Shown here: piece after piece, positions 26,969 to 30,843 of the stretch
Position numbering within the stretch: position 1 is the stretch's first letter
Layout of the letters: every line of letters begins with the position of its first letter
IMG/VR virus record: IMGVR_UViG_3300037045_000014
Location: 1 to 30,843 of that record
Source of the DNA: a virus
Lineage: Duplodnaviria > Caudoviricetes
Strand: one strand, 5' to 3'
Length of the DNA stretch: 30,843 bases
The notes under the pieces: model-generated
Database searches by the model: none
Seen by the model: only the letters and a program-made list of their open reading frames with translations
Told to the model about the DNA's origin: nothing
Program-made: the position numbers and the translations under genes

Positions 26969-27772
26969 TTAAGCAGCAGCTATAGTAACTTTTATAGCTT
27001 TTGATGCATCTCTTAAATATGCAATAAAGTGCTTATCTATTGCATATACATTTGTTTTAGTTAATATATCTCTGTCAGATTCTACATTAGTTTCTCTTTT
27101 TAACTCTATGCCTACAGCACCTTCTTTAACTATATACATTTCAGTAGTAGTTACTTTATTAGATATAACAACATTTACACCATATATCATTCCTATATGT
27201 CCAGTAACTTTTGCTTCTCCATTTGCTATGTGAACAAAATCAGCTGACTTTCTTATAGCACCATAATGAGCTGGGTTCATATATACATACATTGTATCTT
27301 CTATATCTTCTCCAAACTTTAATACAGCATCTGCTACAATATCTACTGTTACAGCTCCAGTATGTGCATGAACCATGTTACCAGTTATTGCTCTTAAAGC
27401 AGCAAAACAGTCATTATCTACTTTATTAGCTATAGAATGTAATAATTGAGTTGCTACTTCATTTACTGGATCTCCATATCCAGATAATATTGATTCATCT
27501 GTTAATTCAACAGCTTTAGCAGCCTTTTTAACAGTTACTTGTGTAGAACTTGCTTGCAATAATACTGGAACATCTGCTTCACCTTCTGCTAGATCTGCTG
27601 CATCTCCTATGTACTGATACACTGGTATAGTTAAAGAATGTCCTGCTTGTCCTTGTAAATCTCTACCTATTCTAGCTAAAGGAGCTAGTTTTATTAAGTC
27701 AGTTAATTTAGCATCTATAAATGCTCCTAATTTCTCTGGGTTTATTAGATTTGTTAATTTAGTCATTGCCAT
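26969..27772 (-). CDS. Major capsid protein (N4-gp56-like family)
   Basis: MAMTKLTNLINPE..., L.GQ.G..LTIP...YIGDA..LAEG, ELTDE..LSGYGDPV and VESDRDI motifs; start moved to 27772 (RBS AGAGGA). Confidence 0.93.
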   Translation of the reverse strand: MAMTKLTNLINPEKLGAFIDAKLTDLIKLAPLARIGRDLQGQAGHSLTIPVYQYIGDAADLAEGEADVPVLLQASSTQVTVKKAAKAVELTDESILSGYGDPVNEVATQLLHSIANKVDNDCFAALRAITGNMVHAHTGAVTVDIVADAVLKFGEDIEDTMYVYMNPAHYGAIRKSADFVHIANGEAKVTGHIGMIYGVNVVISNKVTTTEMYIVKEGAVGIELKRETNVESDRDILTKTNVYAIDKHFIAYLRDASKAIKVTIAAA

Positions 27773-27887
27773 GTTTTTTAATTCCTCTCTTGAATTGAAT
27801 TTTAGATTTGATTTGTGATGTGCTTTTTTTTGCACTAAAAAAGAGCCATAGATAATTGGCTCTTGAATTTATATTAAAAGTTGTTTA

Positions 27888-28445
27888 CTACTGCATGCTT
27901 ATAAAATCAGTAAATGACATGTTCTTAGTATCAGTAGTAGAAGTAGTTTGAGTAGGAGTAGATGGAGTAGTACCTTTAGTTCTTTCTACTACAGTTTTAT
28001 CTAACTGTGTCTTATACTCTGATTCAAATAAATCTAAGTTGCATCTTGTTTCCTCTTCTGTAGAGCCAACAAAATACTTTACTAATGCAGCTGGTAAACC
28101 ACTTTTACTAGCTAATTCTGTTGCTTGTGATGTTAATTTTTCTCTTGTAGCCTCTTGCTTTATTTGCTCCATTTGCTGCTTTAATTCTCTTATTTGCTTT
28201 TGCTCTGGAGTTTCATTAGGAAATCTTTTTGCTATTTCCTCATTCATTATTTTTTCTAAGTTATTTTGTTTCCAAGAATCTAAACCTTTGTTAAAGTTTC
28301 TATCCATTCTTGGTTGTAGTACCTTCTTACCAGATTCAGAATCTAAGTAATTGTTTACTACATCATCATTAACTAAGTTAGCCAATAAGTCAGTTTTAAG
28401 TGCCTCATTGTCATTTAATAATTCTAATATTTTTTCTAAGTCCAT
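27888..28445 (-). CDS. Capsid scaffolding protein (DUF4355-like)
   Basis: Charged coiled coil, GLDSWK..NL..PNETPEQK.I.EL; directly upstream of the capsid gene. Confidence 0.85.
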   Translation of the reverse strand: MDLEKILELLNDNEALKTDLLANLVNDDVVNNYLDSESGKKVLQPRMDRNFNKGLDSWKQNNLEKIMNEEIAKRFPNETPEQKQIRELKQQMEQIKQEATREKLTSQATELASKSGLPAALVKYFVGSTEEETRCNLDLFESEYKTQLDKTVVERTKGTTPSTPTQTTSTTDTKNMSFTDFISMQ

Positions 28446-28599
28446 TGTTACACCTCATATTTTGCCCTTATAGTCAAGTTAGCCTATAAGTTCATATTTT
28501 TATATTTATTGTTCTTTAAAGCCTGCAATAAGTAAAAAAGGCATAAAAAAAGAGCCTCTTAAATGCTCTCTGTGTTCATTCTAGAACTTTGTTATTTTT

Positions 28600-28926
28600 T
28601 TATTTAGATATGAAAGTTATTGAATATGTTGATGCATCATCATATGGAGCATCAATTTTAATATCTTCAACTTTTATTCTTATTTCTTTGTTGATATAGC
28701 CTTTAATTTTTAGCATTAATTCTTTGTCATCTATATAAGAGTTAAATACCTTTTTCATTGCTTTATCCTCTTTTGCACATATACCAGAGCAAATTATTTT
28801 CATGCTCTTATCTTTACAAAGATATACTTTAGCATCTGTTTGTCCTTGTATTTGATTGTATATATAGCCATCTTCTGTATTAGTTCCAACTAATATCATA
28901 GTGTAAATTCCTCTTGATATTTCCAT
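28600..28926 (-). CDS. Diverged, internally deleted paralog of the tail tube protein
   Basis: Collinear matches to 24972-25376: RGIYTMILVG/RGLDLMIYVG, IQGQTDA/IGGQRGA, KSMKIICSGIC/KSWTSSCEGIC, IDAPYDDASTYS/IDAPYDDAMTYS. Confidence 0.8.
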   Translation of the reverse strand: MEISRGIYTMILVGTNTEDGYIYNQIQGQTDAKVYLCKDKSMKIICSGICAKEDKAMKKVFNSYIDDKELMLKIKGYINKEIRIKVEDIKIDAPYDDASTYSITFISK

Positions 28927-28958
28927 AATTAATCATCACCTTTGTTTTTTTGTATAAT

Positions 28959-28985
28959 AAAAGAGCAGCTATTTAAACTGCTCTT
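28959..28985 (-). terminator. Terminator after the 137-aa gene
   Basis: AAGAGCAG-TTTAAATAG-CTGCTCTT followed by TT. Confidence 0.75.
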
Positions 28986-28993
28986 ACTTTGTT

Positions 28994-29407
28994 TTATTGA
29001 TTCCTTGCAAAATTATAAAAATCTTCATTTTCTTTAATTTGTTTTTGCACTTGTTCTTCTGTTTGATATGTATAATCACATGAAGGACAATGCATTTTAT
29101 TTTCCAGCTTATTATTAACAACAGCTCTGAGTTGACCATCTTTATCATAGCACTTTATACAATATGGTCCTTTTTCATCTACCCAGTATGCTCCATCTCT
29201 TAATTCTATTTTTCCTTTTACTTCTAATTGCATTTTTAATATATCTAGTTCACTTTGTAATCTTAAGTTTGCTTTAAGAAACTCATTATTTTCAGTAACA
29301 ACTTTAAGTACACTTTGTTGTAAATTTATTATTTCTTGTGTTAATTTTGTGTTATTTATCCCTTTTGCTATAGTTAAAACACCTTGTATTGCTGTAAGTG
29401 GATCCAT
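28994..29407 (-). CDS. Coiled-coil plus Zn-ribbon accessory protein (137 aa)
   Basis: GPYCIKCYD...CPSC; RBS AAAGGAG; followed by its own terminator. Confidence 0.78.
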   Translation of the reverse strand: MDPLTAIQGVLTIAKGINNTKLTQEIINLQQSVLKVVTENNEFLKANLRLQSELDILKMQLEVKGKIELRDGAYWVDEKGPYCIKCYDKDGQLRAVVNNKLENKMHCPSCDYTYQTEEQVQKQIKENEDFYNFARNQ

Positions 29408-29481
29408 TTATTCCATCTCCTTTATAGTTTTATTTATTTTGATTGTACTATAAACTAATGGTAATAGTGTCCATTTCTTAA

Positions 29482-29546
29482 TTATTTAATATCTTTATTA
29501 TTTTGTTTTTCTCTCATATACCCTTCAAATTCTTTTTTTGCCCAGT
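29482..29546 (-). repeat. Diverged duplicate of 30345-30409 (3' half of the 47-aa gene)
   Basis: 65 bp with 8 mismatches, all transitions; encodes WAKKEFEGYMREKQNNKDIK* with no in-frame start. Confidence 0.85.
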
Positions 29547-29652
29547 TTAAAATACATTAGAGTTAATTCTAAAATATTATCTAATAAGAAAGTTCACCTA
29601 GTTTGTAATATTATGGTATTATTAGAATATTAAGGTACAAGGGGGTTTTAAT

Positions 29653-30318
29653 ATGTCTAATTTTTCAGATTCTATTCATAGTAGAGAAATACATGATTAT
29701 AATATTCATGGAATAGTTAATAGTTGTCCATCCTGCAATAAAGGTATAAAGCCTACATATATATCTCATGTGCCTTTTTTAAAAAAGTTGGTTGTGATAG
29801 AAAGTTGTCCCTTATGCCAAGAGCTTATAATATCTATTTTTAAATATGATACTATATATCTAAAAAGATGGATGTTATACACTACATATCCATATAATGA
29901 AGATCCAGAAAAATTTAGTAGTGAAGTTACATTTATATCTGAGAGTTTTGTTAATATTTACAATCAAGCTAAACTAGCAGAAACAGTAGGACTAAAAGAT
30001 ATATGTGGAATGGGATATAGAAAGGCATTGGAGCATCTAGTTAAAGATTATGCAAAATTAGAATATCCAGAAGAGTCTTCTTCTATAGATAAAAGACCTT
30101 TAAAACAATGTATAGAAGCATATATACAACATCCAAAAATGAAATCTTGTATCTTAGGTGCAACTTATTTAGGCAATGATGAAACTCATTACATTAGAAA
30201 GATTGCAAATAAAGATATAGAAGATTTAAAAATATTAATTAAATTATCTACCTTATGGATAACTATGAATGAAGCTACAAAAAAATATGAATTAGATCCA
30301 GAGCTTAACATTAAATAA
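29653..30318 (+). CDS. DUF4145 (HEPN-like) protein with N-terminal Zn ribbon; moron
   Basis: CPSC...CPLC, GMGYRKALE.LVK and LGNDETHY motifs; opposite strand to the late genes; RBS AAGGGGG. Confidence 0.8.
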   Translation: MSNFSDSIHSREIHDYNIHGIVNSCPSCNKGIKPTYISHVPFLKKLVVIESCPLCQELIISIFKYDTIYLKRWMLYTTYPYNEDPEKFSSEVTFISESFVNIYNQAKLAETVGLKDICGMGYRKALEHLVKDYAKLEYPEESSSIDKRPLKQCIEAYIQHPKMKSCILGATYLGNDETHYIRKIANKDIEDLKILIKLSTLWITMNEATKKYELDPELNIK

Positions 30319-30355
30319 ATAAGACATACAAATGTATGTCTTATTTATTTAATGT
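30308..30355. terminator. Perfect 23-bp inverted repeat between convergent genes (bidirectional terminator)
   Basis: ACATTAAATAAATAAGACATACA-AA-TGTATGTCTTATTTATTTAATGT. Confidence 0.85.
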
Positions 30356-30488
30356 CCTTGTTATTTTGTTTTTCTTTTATATATTCTTCAAATTCTTTCT
30401 TTGCCCAGTCTGGAGCATCTTCTTTAATAGTCCAGTTACAGTAGTCAAAATTAACATAATCCATAAAATCTTGGTACATTTCAGACAT
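30345..30488 (-). CDS. 47-aa protein coupled to the MuF gene, candidate immunity or partner protein
   Basis: MSEMYQDFMDYVNFDYCNWTIKEDAPDWAKKEFEEYIKEKQNNKDIK*; TAATG overlap with the MuF stop. Confidence 0.72.
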   Translation of the reverse strand: MSEMYQDFMDYVNFDYCNWTIKEDAPDWAKKEFEEYIKEKQNNKDIK

Positions 30489-30843
30489 TATTTTTTCAAC
30501 TCCCTATTAATTATTTTAAGAATCTCTTTAGATATTGGTTTTGCTTTATCTCCATTAGATATAGCATCTGCAAATGATTCTGCCATAAATTCAGCCTCAT
30601 TATAAGTAGCATATTTAGATAATGATTGAGCCACTAATTGTTTATCTTTTATAGATGTAATTCCAAGATAACTTAATGCCTCATTAGTAACTTTAGGAGC
30701 AAATTCATTCCAGTCAGTTATTCTTTCTATCATATGTGAACATTCATGTGTTATTACATCCATATATTCTGTCCCTTTTGGATGGAAATCTAATCTTATA
30801 CATCTGTCATACATTTTTGCTGATTCCTTAGTATCCCAGAAAT
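30488..30843 (-). CDS. C-terminal metallopeptidase part of the MuF minor capsid protein (continuation of 1-1361)
   Basis: THECSH (HExxH) and SKYA...EFMAESF; in frame with the ORF starting at 1361 after circularisation (1590 nt in total). Confidence 0.9.
   Translation of the reverse strand, partial: FWDTKESAKMYDRCIRLDFHPKGTEYMDVITHECSHMIERITDWNEFAPKVTNEALSYLGITSIKDKQLVAQSLSKYATYNEAEFMAESFADAISNGDKAKPISKEILKIINRELKK
30717..30843. repeat. Terminal overlap identical to 1-127
   Basis: Exact match to the window start. Confidence 0.97.

Noticed and set aside
27773-27835. N-terminal extension of the capsid protein in the ORF track (288 aa)
   Set aside because: The ATG at 27772 has a proper RBS and gives a family-typical N-terminus.
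1829-28350. Plus-strand ORFs overlapping structural genes (e.g. 2287-2619, 9875-10327, 17669-18067, 23815-24267, 24901-25413, 28039-28350)
   Set aside because: They are antisense shadows of well-supported minus-strand genes, with no RBS or recognisable motifs.
29482-30409. Diversity-generating retroelement TR/VR pair
   Set aside because: No reverse transcriptase is encoded and the mismatches are not confined to adenines of one copy.
30717-30843. 127-bp terminal repeat as a biological direct terminal repeat or att site
   Set aside because: The length equals a standard assembler k-mer and it falls in the middle of a gene; it indicates circularity only.
1-30843. CRISPR array, tRNA, rRNA or IS element
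   Set aside because: No regularly spaced repeats, cloverleaf-like sequence or transposase ORF was seen.

Overview
The window is a complete circular genome of about 30,716 bp: bases 30717-30843 duplicate 1-127, a typical k=127 assembly overlap. It is a low-GC (about 30% by eye), SPP1-like long-tailed (siphovirus-type) phage, probably from a clostridial host. Nearly all genes are on the minus strand. They cover packaging (TerS, TerL, portal), a MuF minor capsid protein with a metallopeptidase extension that spans the contig junction, head, connector and tail genes, a holin and an amidase. No integrase or CI-like repressor is visible. Instead there is a plasmid-style module (RHH regulator, AEP/Zn-finger Rep, HTH-coiled-coil-RHH protein, catalytically dead resolvase remnant), so this is probably a phage-plasmid. 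Most striking observations: (1) reading the whole sequence by eye I found no CG dinucleotide, and also no CCWGG or ACAGG, with no Pro-Gly dipeptide in any plausible protein; (2) a Mom-like DNA modification gene with a Com-sized Zn finger upstream; (3) a second, loop-deleted paralog of the tail tube protein outside the tail operon, a possible decoy; (4) a dispersed GRCATACA binding-site family that also covers the promoter of the HTH/RHH gene; (5) an in-frame TGA inside an early gene; (6) small hydrophobic peptide genes and candidate structured RNAs. Family calls come from motif recognition only, and all motif counts are by eye and need computational confirmation.
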